A DNA stretch of 64,000 bases from an uncultured beta proteobacterium (GTDB lineage: Bacteria > Pseudomonadota > Gammaproteobacteria > Burkholderiales > Burkholderiaceae_C), in NCBI GenBank assembly GCA_963750815.1, contig CAVVRS010000002.1, positions 381,442 to 445,441 on the forward strand, in the 5' to 3' direction. A program made the position numbers and the translations under genes. Within the stretch, counting starts at the first letter, position 1, and each line of letters opens with the position of its first letter. This document shows, in pieces, positions 44,060 to 55,325 of the stretch. The notes under the pieces were generated by a model that made no database searches, had not been told where the DNA came from, and was given only the letters and a program-made list of their open reading frames with translations.

Positions 44060-46282
44060 CCACCGTTTGAGCAAGAGAGCATTGCCCATGACGCAGATTG
44101 AACTCAAGGCCATGGCAGCGCCGGCCAGAACCGGATTCAAAAAACCAAAGGCTGCCAGCGGGATGCCAGCAATGTTGTAGACAAACGCCCAGAACAGGTT
44201 TTGTCGAATCTTGGCAACTGTACGGTTTGAAATATCAAGTGCCGCCAGGATAAGGGTCGGATCCCCGCGCATCAAGGTGATGCCTGCTGCATGCATGGCG
44301 ACGTCGGTACCTCCGCCATTTGGATTGGCCATTGCCATACTGACGTCGGCTGCAGCCAGTGCCGGCGCGTCATTGATACCGTCGCCGACCATGGCGACCG
44401 TATGACCTCCTGTTTTCAGTGCCAGGACTTTCGTGGCCTTTTCCCCTGGCAGGACGTCAGCCATAACTTCACCTTCGTTCGGGTGCAATCCTAAGCGATG
44501 AGCCATGGACACTGCAGCACCCAGGTTGTCACCGGAAATCATGACGGTCTTGATACCGCGCGCACGAAGGTCTGCCAGCGTTTTTTGTGCGTCTGGTTTA
44601 GGTTCATCGCCAAAAGCCAGTAGAGCACGTGCCAACCATTTATGGTCCATTTTTTGAACCATAACGGATACCGTGTCTCCTTGCGCCTGAAATTGCTCTG
44701 CCTGAAGTATTAGAGCACCCAGATCGAGATTCAACTCCCGCATCCAGCGCAAGCTGCCTATCATGAAATTTTTCGACTGTACTTGACCTTCTGTTCCCCG
44801 TCCCGGGACTGATTTTAAATTTTCTGGTGGTGTAAATGAAATATTACGCTCTTTGGCACAAGTCAATACCGCGCGTGCCAGGGGATGCTCACTACCACTT
44901 TGCAGACTGGCCGCTATCGCCAGTAATTCATTTTCGTCACCCGCTGTTGCTGAAAGTAAAGTTTTCAGACGCGGTTGTCCGAGTGTCAAGGTGCCGGTTT
45001 TGTCAAATGCAATGACATCAACTTTATGCGCCAGTTCCAGGGACTGTGCATCCTTGATCAAAATGCCAAATTTTGCTGCCACTCCAGTGCCGGTCATGAT
45101 GGCGGCAGGCGTGGCCAGCCCCAATGCGCAGGGGCAGGCAATTACCAAAACCGCTACCGCGCGGATGACTGCAATTTCAAAAGGCTGACCACTCAAATAC
45201 CAACCCAGCAGGGTGATCAGCGCAATCACCAGTACTACCGGCACAAAAACCGCACTAACCTGATCAACCAGACGTTGAATAGGTGCCTTGGCGGCCTGTG
45301 CGTCTTCTACCAACCGGATAATGTGGGCAAGCAGGGTTTCACTGCCCACCGCGTGCACTTGCATCACAATACGGCCGTCGCCATTGATGGAGCCACCAGT
45401 CAATGAGGCATTCAAGTCTTTGACTACCGGCAGTGGCTCGCCGGTAAGCATGGATTCATCAACCTGTGTTTGACCTTGCAGCAATGAACCATCCACCGGA
45501 ATGCTCTCACCAGGCTTGATCACCAGATGGTCACCAACCAATACTTCGGTTACCGGCACATCAACTTCACCCTCCGGACCCATCAAGTGTGCTGTATCTG
45601 GCCGCAGCGCCCGTAGTGCCCGAATGGCCGAGGTTGTCTGACGTTTGGCACGCGCTTCCAGCCACTTGCCAAGCAGGACCAGTGTTACTACCACCGCTGA
45701 ACCTTCAAAATAGAGGTGCATCTGGACACCCGGACCGGCGCCTAGCCAGAGCCAGACCGACAACATCCACCCGGCCGTGGTACCAATGGCTACGAGCAAA
45801 TCCATATTTCCGGTAAAGGCCTTGAGCGCGTGCCAGCCAGCTTTGTAAAACCGCGCTCCCAAAATGAATTGAACAGGTGTCGCCAGCGCAAATTGAATCC
45901 ACGCCGGCAACATCCAGTGTCGATTCAATAAATCTCCCAGCATAGGCAAGGCCAACGGTGCCGACAACAAAAGCCCGACGGCAATCGGCATGAATCCCTC
46001 CCAGGAGGAGGTTTGCGCCCGATCAATAGCAGTGCTTGCCGCGACCGGTTCATAGCCCGCGTCACGCACGGCCCGACGCAGTCGGGCTTCCATTTGTTCT
46101 GATGGCGCAAATGTAATTCGGGCTGATTCAGTTGCCAGGTTCACAGCAACTTCCTGTACACCAGGCACTTTTTTCAGGGCGCGCTCGACCCGCGCAACGC
46201 ACGAGGCGCAGGTCATGCCACCAATGCCAATGTCAATGTCAAGTGGAATAGAGGAGTTCAGGGAAGTCACGGCGGTATTCAT
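44042..46282 (-). CDS. copA: Copper-translocating P1B-type ATPase CopA
   Basis: N-terminal HMA domain GMTCASC, CPC in the TM helix (ACPCALGLATP), DKTGTLT, GDGINDAP. Confidence 0.95.
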   Translation of the reverse strand: MNTAVTSLNSSIPLDIDIGIGGMTCASCVARVERALKKVPGVQEVAVNLATESARITFAPSEQMEARLRRAVRDAGYEPVAASTAIDRAQTSSWEGFMPIAVGLLLSAPLALPMLGDLLNRHWMLPAWIQFALATPVQFILGARFYKAGWHALKAFTGNMDLLVAIGTTAGWMLSVWLWLGAGPGVQMHLYFEGSAVVVTLVLLGKWLEARAKRQTTSAIRALRALRPDTAHLMGPEGEVDVPVTEVLVGDHLVIKPGESIPVDGSLLQGQTQVDESMLTGEPLPVVKDLNASLTGGSINGDGRIVMQVHAVGSETLLAHIIRLVEDAQAAKAPIQRLVDQVSAVFVPVVLVIALITLLGWYLSGQPFEIAVIRAVAVLVIACPCALGLATPAAIMTGTGVAAKFGILIKDAQSLELAHKVDVIAFDKTGTLTLGQPRLKTLLSATAGDENELLAIAASLQSGSEHPLARAVLTCAKERNISFTPPENLKSVPGRGTEGQVQSKNFMIGSLRWMRELNLDLGALILQAEQFQAQGDTVSVMVQKMDHKWLARALLAFGDEPKPDAQKTLADLRARGIKTVMISGDNLGAAVSMAHRLGLHPNEGEVMADVLPGEKATKVLALKTGGHTVAMVGDGINDAPALAAADVSMAMANPNGGGTDVAMHAAGITLMRGDPTLILAALDISNRTVAKIRQNLFWAFVYNIAGIPLAAFGFLNPVLAGAAMALSSICVMGNALLLKRWKPKNF

Positions 46283-46296
46283 ACCCGGAGCCTAAT

Positions 46297-46360
46297 CCTT
46301 CCCACCATGGAAAGGTCAAGGAGTTGTCTTTTGATACTTGACCTTTCCATGGTGGGAAGG
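46297..46360. promoter_or_regulatory. Two mirrored CueR/MerR-type promoter-operators, one facing copA and one facing copZ-cueR
   Basis: Two 24-bp arms, CCTTCCCACCATGGAAAGGTCAAG (46297-46320) and its exact reverse complement (46337-46360). Each carries TTGACC, a 19-nt spacer containing a CCTTTCC..GGGAAGG dyad, and a -10-like hexamer (CAGAAT toward copZ, TAGGCT toward copA). Confidence 0.65.
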
Positions 46361-46415
46361 TTCAGAATAGAATTGTATTCAGGGATTTTTTACATTTTCA
46401 TTCAGGAGTGTTTCG

Positions 46416-46613
46416 ATGAACCAAACCTTTAGCGTCGCTGGCATGACCTGCGGGCATTGCGAAAAAGCCGTTACGCGGGCCGTGAAACTAGCCGATCCAC
46501 TCGCCGAAGTCACCATTGATCGCAGCAGCGGCAAAGTTGAAGTGACCTCGAAGCAACCACGGGAGTTGTTGGCCAAAGCCATTGCCGATGAAGGTTACGC
46601 CGTTGCAGCATGA
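46416..46613 (+). CDS. copZ: Copper chaperone CopZ (heavy-metal-associated domain)
   Basis: FSVAGMTCGHCEKAV. 65 aa. AGGAG Shine-Dalgarno. Confidence 0.85.
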   Translation: MNQTFSVAGMTCGHCEKAVTRAVKLADPLAEVTIDRSSGKVEVTSKQPRELLAKAIADEGYAVAA

Positions 46614-47029
46614 GCAGCACCACCTCGTGGCCGGTGGCGATTGGTGTCGCGGCGCGCCTCTCGAAGGTCTCGGCCAAAATGGTGCGTCACTACGAGTTGT
46701 TGGGTCTGCTTGCGCCCGTGGCTCGCACCGATAGTGGTTACCGGCAGTATGGTGAGGCAGACGTTCGCACCCTGCAATTCATCAAACGTGGACGCGATCT
46801 GGGTTTTTCCATGGTCGAGATTGCTGAACTGGTGGGCTTGTGGCACAACCGCAAACGCGCCAGTGCCAGCGTCAAGCGCATTGCCCAGAAGCATGTGAGT
46901 GATCTCACCCAGCGCATCGAAGCCATGCAGGCCATGCAGCGCACGCTTGCGGACCTGCTTCATCACTGTCATGGAGATGAGCGACCGGATTGCCCCATAC
47001 TGGACGACCTGGCCGGACAATGTTGCTAG
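46610..47029 (+). CDS. cueR: Cu(I)-responsive MerR-family regulator CueR
   Basis: MerR HTH IGVAARLSKVSAKMVRHYELLGLL and the C-terminal metal loop HHCHGDERPDCP. Confidence 0.9.
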   Translation: MSSTTSWPVAIGVAARLSKVSAKMVRHYELLGLLAPVARTDSGYRQYGEADVRTLQFIKRGRDLGFSMVEIAELVGLWHNRKRASASVKRIAQKHVSDLTQRIEAMQAMQRTLADLLHHCHGDERPDCPILDDLAGQCC

Positions 47030-47073
47030 TATATTGATAGCTGTCTACGCATATCAGACGGTGGCTTGAAGCC
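47025..47073 (+). repeat. Copy B of the ~49-bp double-hairpin repeat
   Basis: GCTAGTATATTGATAGCTGTCTACGCATATCAGACGGTGGCTTGAAGCC. Begins within the last codons of cueR and overlaps its stop codon. Confidence 0.7.
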
Positions 47074-47131
47074 AATAGGCCTCATAATTTACCGATTTTC
47101 AAGGTGATTTTCAATAATTGAACCCTGCTGA

Positions 47132-47791
47132 ATGACGTTTTTTCCACTCTCTGTCGCCCTGTATCCGGCCTTGATGCAAGTGCATCCTGTACTGGCGGAG
47201 TCAAACCCGGTGCTGGTGCCCATACAAGTGCCGGCCGGTACGATTCTTTTCTGCGAAAACTCCCCTTGTCAGGGTTTTCCGCTGGTGCTGGAAGGAGAGA
47301 TCAAGGTCTCCCGCAGCTCGGCAGATGGGCGCTCGCTGGAGCTATACCGTGTCGTTCCGGGCGAACTGTGTCTGGTGTCATCAGCCTGTCTTTTTCAGAC
47401 CCAGCCGATGTCGGCGCGTGGCGTCACCACCAAGCCCAGCACCTTGATGATGATCCCTCCGGCAATCTTCAGGCAGTGGCTTGAAACGCCGGTTTTTCGC
47501 GACGAGGTGCTAGGCCTGTTTGCCGAACGCATGGCTGATCTCACCAGTCTGGTCGACGCGGTGGCTTTTCACAAACTCGACCAGCGCCTTGCCGCTGCGC
47601 TTCTGGGGCGCGGCCGTCACCTCGCCTTGACGCACCAGGCGCTGGCCGATGAATTGGGTACCGTGCGTGAAATCATCACCCGGCTGTTGCGCCGTTTTGA
47701 GTGCGAAGGCTGGATTGCGCTGGGACGTGAGCAGATAAAGATTGTCAACAGTGCAGCATTGCGGTCACTGGCCGCAGGGCTTGGCGCTTGA
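47132..47791 (+). CDS. Crp/Fnr family transcriptional regulator
   Basis: cNMP-binding-like domain (GFPLVLEGEIKVSR) and a C-terminal HTH (HQALADELGTVREIITRLLRRFECEGWI). Confidence 0.75.
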   Translation: MTFFPLSVALYPALMQVHPVLAESNPVLVPIQVPAGTILFCENSPCQGFPLVLEGEIKVSRSSADGRSLELYRVVPGELCLVSSACLFQTQPMSARGVTTKPSTLMMIPPAIFRQWLETPVFRDEVLGLFAERMADLTSLVDAVAFHKLDQRLAAALLGRGRHLALTHQALADELGTVREIITRLLRRFECEGWIALGREQIKIVNSAALRSLAAGLGA

Positions 47792-47908
47792 ATCCGCTGC
47801 ATCGAGGGACCCTTTCGGGGCCGAGCAATCGCTGAGTGACTTCTGTCACAGACAGAAGGCTCGGCGAAAGCGCCCAATCCAGCGCTTAACAACCTTCAAG
47901 GAACTCCC

Positions 47909-48106
47909 ATGAAACTTAACGTCGGCGGCATGGACCGTATTTTGCGCATTGTGCTGGGCTTGGTGCTGATTGGCATGACCGTCACTGGTTACGTTGGCGT
48001 GTGGGGTTGGCTGGGTGTAGTGCTGCTGGCCACTGGTGCCATTGGCTGGTGCCCGCCGTATGCCCTTTTTGGCTGGAATACCTGCTCGGCAAAGAACAAT
48101 AGTTAA
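47909..48106 (+). CDS. YgaP-like small membrane protein (DUF2892)
   Basis: NVGGMDRILRIVLGLVLIG...ATGAIGWCPPYALFGWNTC. Confidence 0.7.
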   Translation: MKLNVGGMDRILRIVLGLVLIGMTVTGYVGVWGWLGVVLLATGAIGWCPPYALFGWNTCSAKNNS

Positions 48107-49038
48107 ACGGGTTTCCGGTCTGTCGCCATCTCGCCGCCGAGCGCTTGCAGCAAGTCCGGCAGCAATCGGCGCAGTTCGCCGGTTGCAATGGCGACATCGG
48201 TGTCAAAACTGTCGTCCTGACCGGTCGTAGCGCTGGCGAATGCTCCATCCAGAAACACCAGTTTTTTGAGTTGCAGGGTGTCAGTCAATACGAAAGACAC
48301 GCGGCCGTCCCAGGTCAGTGCCAGTCGGGCTGCCAACTTGCCGCCCTCCACATGTTTCTTCACTTCGTCATTGTCCAGTGGGTGACGCGAATATCGCACC
48401 ACCGCCTTTGATTCATCGGGCGCCTTGAGCTCGCATTCGCGGTCAATACTGAATCCCGCTGGAGCCTGCTGGTTGAGCAACCACGCAGACATCGCCGTAG
48501 TGGGTGAAACCTGGGTGTCCAGTAACCTCAAGGCCAGCCCGTCGAGGGACTTCACCAGCGCCGTCACGACCTCGTCCGATTTACCCTGGCTGGCCGCATC
48601 AATCACCAGCATCCGTGCCTTGGGATCGATCCACACGAGGATAGTCGCTTGTTTGGAAAATGCCTTGGGCAACAGTTCAAGTCGCAAGTCGTCCTTGAGG
48701 GTACGCGTTTCCTTTTTACCGGGCTTTCTTCCGGTGCTGGACTCAATCTGGAGGAGCCGTTCTTTGGCTTTGCGGGCTACCACGGCAGTCGGAACGGCGC
48801 GGGTTTCAATCATCAGCTTAAGCACCAGTTGTCCGTCAATCACTTCAACCAGCGGACCATGCGCTACGCCGCGCGGCTCTACCCAACCGATCGATTTCTC
48901 CTGGCTGGCACCACACTCGACAAAGCGCGCGGCAGCGATACATTTTTCCGTCTGCGCTACGCGTGCGGGCCACCCTGGCTCGATCCGGTACACGACTACA
49001 TTCTTGAACACAGGCATCCCTTTAGGCAATTGAAACAA
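48103..49038 (-). CDS. rdgC: Recombination-associated protein RdgC
   Basis: FKNVVVYRI...RFVECGASQEKSIGWVEPRG. An alternative start at 49017 is possible. Confidence 0.85.
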   Translation of the reverse strand: MFQLPKGMPVFKNVVVYRIEPGWPARVAQTEKCIAAARFVECGASQEKSIGWVEPRGVAHGPLVEVIDGQLVLKLMIETRAVPTAVVARKAKERLLQIESSTGRKPGKKETRTLKDDLRLELLPKAFSKQATILVWIDPKARMLVIDAASQGKSDEVVTALVKSLDGLALRLLDTQVSPTTAMSAWLLNQQAPAGFSIDRECELKAPDESKAVVRYSRHPLDNDEVKKHVEGGKLAARLALTWDGRVSFVLTDTLQLKKLVFLDGAFASATTGQDDSFDTDVAIATGELRRLLPDLLQALGGEMATDRKPV

Positions 49039-49199
49039 TTTCTGAAGCGTTCATCATCCCATCAAAAACCACGGGATATTTAACCGAACTTTACAAACCC
49101 TTTTCGGTGTTTCATGCAGCGGATACACAGAACCGGCAAACTTGACCCCAAGCTGATGCCAAGTTCTGTGTGTCAGGCTTAACAAAAAGGAATCCGCAC

Positions 49200-49724
49200 A
49201 TGAAATCAGTCATTAAACCCCTTTTGCTTGCGGCCATTCTGGCCACGGCAGGCGTTACCGCATTTTCACAAATGCCGTCCATGGGCGACCATGCTGGCAT
49301 GATGGGTGCCGGCGGCCCACCGCACGCAGGCATGGGTCACGAACGCATGGGCAAAATGGACCCAGCCAAAATGCAGGCACGCATGGAGAAGCGTCAAGCT
49401 GCCCTGAAAGCGGCACTCAAGCTGACAGCGAATCAGGAAGGTGCCTGGACCACGTTTACCGCAGCCATGAAACCGCCGGCCGACATGATGGGTAAACGCC
49501 CTGACCACGCCGAGCTGGCCAAACTGCCAACGCCCGAGCGAATTGACAAAATGAAAGTTTTACACGCCCAGCACTCGGCCGAAATGAACGCCGTCATGGA
49601 CAGGCGCGGCGATGCCACCAAAGCCTTTTATGCCACGCTGACACCCGAGCAGCAAAAGGTGTTCGACGCCATCACCATGCAGCATCATGGCCGTGCTGGT
49701 CGCATGGGGGGGGCCAAGCTGTAA
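49200..49724 (+). CDS. Spy/CpxP-family periplasmic chaperone-like protein
   Basis: Signal peptide MKSVIKPLLLAAILATAGVTAFS, a Met/His-rich segment, and two LTxxQ motifs (LTANQ, LTPEQ). Confidence 0.7.
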   Translation: MKSVIKPLLLAAILATAGVTAFSQMPSMGDHAGMMGAGGPPHAGMGHERMGKMDPAKMQARMEKRQAALKAALKLTANQEGAWTTFTAAMKPPADMMGKRPDHAELAKLPTPERIDKMKVLHAQHSAEMNAVMDRRGDATKAFYATLTPEQQKVFDAITMQHHGRAGRMGGAKL

Positions 49725-49749
49725 GTCTATCGACTGGTCACAGTCAGTC

Positions 49750-49784
49750 AGGTCCGGGTTTTGCTGAGAGCGAAACCCGGACCT
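49750..49784. terminator. Hairpin between convergent genes (possibly a bidirectional terminator)
   Basis: AGGTCCGGGTTT-tgctgagagcg-AAACCCGGACCT. A 12-bp stem with an 11-nt loop. Confidence 0.5.
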
Positions 49785-49791
49785 GTTGCAT

Positions 49792-50157
49792 TTAAGACAG
49801 TGATTTTTTGAGTTCGCCGCTGTCAATCAACAACATCAGGTCATTGGCACCGCCGACCAGCGTTCCCTTTACAAATACCAACGGCATGGTTGGCCAGCCG
49901 GTCCACAGCTTGAGTGCATTGCGCTGGCGCCAATGGTTGAAATAACTGCCGTATTCCAGATATTGATACGGCACGCCGGCAGTGTCCAGTGCCTTGCATG
50001 CCTTCTTTGGGAACGGGTTCATGGCCATACCGACTACGACCACCGGATGTTTGGCCACTGCGGCCTGAACTTCGCGCACAATGGTTTGTTCGTGATTGGC
50101 AATTTTTTCCCGTATGGCGGGGTGAATGTTTGATTCGTCAAGTATTGGACGTGGCAT
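49792..50157 (-). CDS. Glutaredoxin-fold protein lacking the canonical CGFS/CPYC active site
   Basis: Grx4-like C-terminal part WPTMPLVFVKGTLVGGANDLMLLIDSGELKKSL. At the expected active-site position it reads NPFPKKACKAL. Confidence 0.65.
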   Translation of the reverse strand: MPRPILDESNIHPAIREKIANHEQTIVREVQAAVAKHPVVVVGMAMNPFPKKACKALDTAGVPYQYLEYGSYFNHWRQRNALKLWTGWPTMPLVFVKGTLVGGANDLMLLIDSGELKKSLS

Positions 50158-50229
50158 GAAAGTTTTCCTGAAGCTGAGTAGCAGGCATTATGCGTCGTAG
50201 GTTTCGATACTGGATGTGGCTCACGGACA

Positions 50230-51093
50230 ATGACCAAACTGGCAACTCTTATGCAAATGTCATCGCCCCAACCTACCCAAGCTGCTATTGATCGCGCCCT
50301 GCCCGGCGTACGCACCATCACCCTGACCCGACCACTGCACTGGCTGCGGTGGGGATGGCGGGATATGACGCGCTGTGGCTGGATCAGTTACGTCCATGGG
50401 CTGGCACTGGTGTTGTTTGGCGCGGTGATCATAGTGGTGGCCCAAAACCGTTTTTGGCTGCTGGCGGGGGCCGTTTCCGGCTTTCTGCTCGTGGCCCCGG
50501 TGTTGGCTACCAGCCTGTACGCTTTGAGCCGGGCGCTGGAGCGCGGTCAAACCGCAGATGTAAGCGTGGTGCTGAAAACCTGGTTGAACTGGCAGGACAA
50601 TCACTTTAACAAGTTTGGCAATGATTATTGGTGCCTGGTGCAATTTGGCGCCTTGCTGGCGCTGGCCGGCACCGGTTGGGTAATCACTTCAGCATCCCTC
50701 ATTACCTTGCTCGCGCCTGTGCCAATCAGCATGCCACTCGACTTTGTCCAGCACGTCATACTGGCGAAAAATGGATTATTGTTTGAACTCTGGCTGTTGC
50801 TTGGTGGCATGCTGGCCGCGCCCATCTTTGCGTCGACCGTTATCGCCATACCGCTGCTGCTGGATCGACGGCTGTCGCTGCTGCAAGCGGTTTTGACCAG
50901 TTGGCGCGTGGTGCTTGCCAACCCGGTGCCGATGGCATTTTGGGCGACTCTCATCATGGGCATCACCCTGTTGGGCCTGGCTTCTGCCATGCTCGGTCTG
51001 ATTGTGCTGATTCCGTTGCTGGGTCATGCAAGCTGGCATGCCTATCGCGAGCTGGTCAATGTATCGGGTTTGCCGGAACGGGAGCCGCACTGA
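50230..51093 (+). CDS. Integral membrane protein (DUF2189-like by recollection)
   Basis: Polytopic protein with an N-terminal PLHWLRWGWRDM motif. Confidence 0.55.
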   Translation: MTKLATLMQMSSPQPTQAAIDRALPGVRTITLTRPLHWLRWGWRDMTRCGWISYVHGLALVLFGAVIIVVAQNRFWLLAGAVSGFLLVAPVLATSLYALSRALERGQTADVSVVLKTWLNWQDNHFNKFGNDYWCLVQFGALLALAGTGWVITSASLITLLAPVPISMPLDFVQHVILAKNGLLFELWLLLGGMLAAPIFASTVIAIPLLLDRRLSLLQAVLTSWRVVLANPVPMAFWATLIMGITLLGLASAMLGLIVLIPLLGHASWHAYRELVNVSGLPEREPH

Positions 51094-51305
51094 TGTTCGG
51101 TTACTCCGAGGAACAAATCGCCGCCTTCGGACTGACTTTTGGCGTTGGTGGTTTTATGCTCTATATGCTGTTTATCATCGGCCATCTGGCGTGGGAGTCC
51201 AAAGCCGGTAAATTTGGCACTTTTGTCCTGTTTTTGGGCTTGGCTTTCGGCATGACAGGCTTTGTCGCGAAATACCTGATTCAATGGGCTATCGGCATCA
51301 AGTAA
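51093..51305 (+). CDS. Small two-TM membrane protein (DUF2788-like by recollection)
   Basis: MFGYSEEQIAAFGLTFGVGGFMLYMLFIIGHLAWESKAGKFG. The ATG overlaps the upstream stop (TGATG). Confidence 0.5.
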   Translation: MFGYSEEQIAAFGLTFGVGGFMLYMLFIIGHLAWESKAGKFGTFVLFLGLAFGMTGFVAKYLIQWAIGIK

Positions 51306-51434
51306 GAGGCCCGATTGCGCAAATGGGGATGCGGGCAACCAGCGCGAGGGCACACTGTGAAGCACCGAAAACACGATAGAAACCGGATCAAGGAACCAGG
51401 GTGGGAATGCTCATTGATCACCCGGGCTTTTTAA

Positions 51435-52013
51435 TCAGCCCATGGGGCGAACACCAATCAACAAGCCATGCAACCACAAAGCGAAAGCAACCCACAGGCC
51501 AACGCCCAGGGCCACGGTAATGCCGGTAGCGCCAGCCGTACCACCGGGGTAACGCGTACCCACTGCCCGATCACGCCGGCGCGCAGCAGTGAAGTCAAAA
51601 ATGGACCATGCCAGAAATGAGCCGAACAGTACAACATGGCTGACGTTGCCATTGGCCAGCAAATGTGCCAGGGCCCAGACCTTGACCGCCAACACCATGG
51701 GATGGTGAAGACGCGACTTGATGCCATTGCCAGGAACGTAGGCCGCTGCCAACAGGACAAAGGCTATCAGGGTCAGGAGCGAGGCCAGGTGACGCATGCC
51801 CACCGGTGGACTCCACAATTGGACAGGTTGCTGGCGCGCAAGACTGAAACCCCAAACCAGCAAACTGAAACCCAGCAACGATACCACCGAATAAAGCGTC
51901 TTCCACCTTAACTCACCGAGGCCTGACCGGGTTTTTGTGCGCCAGTCATCGGCCACGATGCGTATCGAATGAGCACCCAGAAAAATAATTAAACCGAGAA
52001 TCAGATAAGTCAT
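51435..52013 (-). CDS. NnrU-family membrane protein
   Basis: MTYLILGLIIFLGAHSIRIV...HHPMVLAVKVWALAHLLANG. Confidence 0.75.
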   Translation of the reverse strand: MTYLILGLIIFLGAHSIRIVADDWRTKTRSGLGELRWKTLYSVVSLLGFSLLVWGFSLARQQPVQLWSPPVGMRHLASLLTLIAFVLLAAAYVPGNGIKSRLHHPMVLAVKVWALAHLLANGNVSHVVLFGSFLAWSIFDFTAARRRDRAVGTRYPGGTAGATGITVALGVGLWVAFALWLHGLLIGVRPMG

Positions 52014-52148
52014 ACAAGCCCTTGTTTTGGTCACCGAACCTCTGGACGGTATCTGGCGGCAAGCCCGTCCGGCCGGAGCGACCGCCATTGCAATACAAAA
52101 AAGTTTGTTTACACTGTGGTTCAGTGTAATAAATTAACTGGAGCTTTG

Positions 52149-52577
52149 ATGAAACCCGTTTCCGAATTATTGAAGAATCGTAACTCAACGGTCTTTCAGG
52201 TGGGTCCTAAGGTTACTGTTTTTGAGGCGCTGCGTCTGTTGGCTGACTATGAAGTAGGCGCCATGACGGTGATGGATCAGGGCAAGTTGCTGGGCGTCGT
52301 GTCGGAGCGCGATTACACGCGAAAAATTGCCTTGCAGGGCAAAAATTCGAAAGAAACTACCGTGGCCGACATTATGACCCGTGACGTCATTACCGTGACA
52401 CCGAATACCGGTACGCGTGCCTGCATGACCCTGATGAGTCAGAACAAGATACGTCACCTGCCGGTGATGGAAGGAGCGACGGTACTGGGCATGATCTCCA
52501 TACGCGACCTGCTGGACGACATCATTGCGGATCACGAACAAACGATCTCGCAACTGACAAGTTACATCAGCAGTTAG
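52149..52577 (+). CDS. CBS-domain pair protein
   Basis: Two CBS repeats (VGAMTVMDQGKLLGVVSERD and IRHLPVMEGATVLGMISIRD). GGAG Shine-Dalgarno. Confidence 0.8.
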   Translation: MKPVSELLKNRNSTVFQVGPKVTVFEALRLLADYEVGAMTVMDQGKLLGVVSERDYTRKIALQGKNSKETTVADIMTRDVITVTPNTGTRACMTLMSQNKIRHLPVMEGATVLGMISIRDLLDDIIADHEQTISQLTSYISS

Positions 52578-52578
52578 A

Positions 52579-55200
<2,622 letters not shown>

Positions 55201-55270
55201 TTAAGGACAGAGTCCTGCAACGCCGGTCTGTCCAGCAAAATTTCAATAATTTCGGGAACGCTTGAATGAC

Positions 55271-55295
55271 CAAACCCCCGAAGGTCGGGGGTTTG
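55271..55295. other. 11-bp-stem hairpin between dnaN and gyrB
   Basis: CAAACCCCCGA-agg-TCGGGGGTTTG. No clear U-tract on either strand. Confidence 0.45.
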
Positions 55296-55325
55296 CGTCG
55301 GATCGCGCTACTTATTTTTGGAGCA

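Noticed and set aside
49125-49171. 9-bp inverted arms ACACAGAAC ... GTTCTGTGT separated by 29 nt upstream of the Spy-like gene
   Set aside because: The long spacer and short arms make this plausibly chance. It matches no CpxR-type or other box I recognise.
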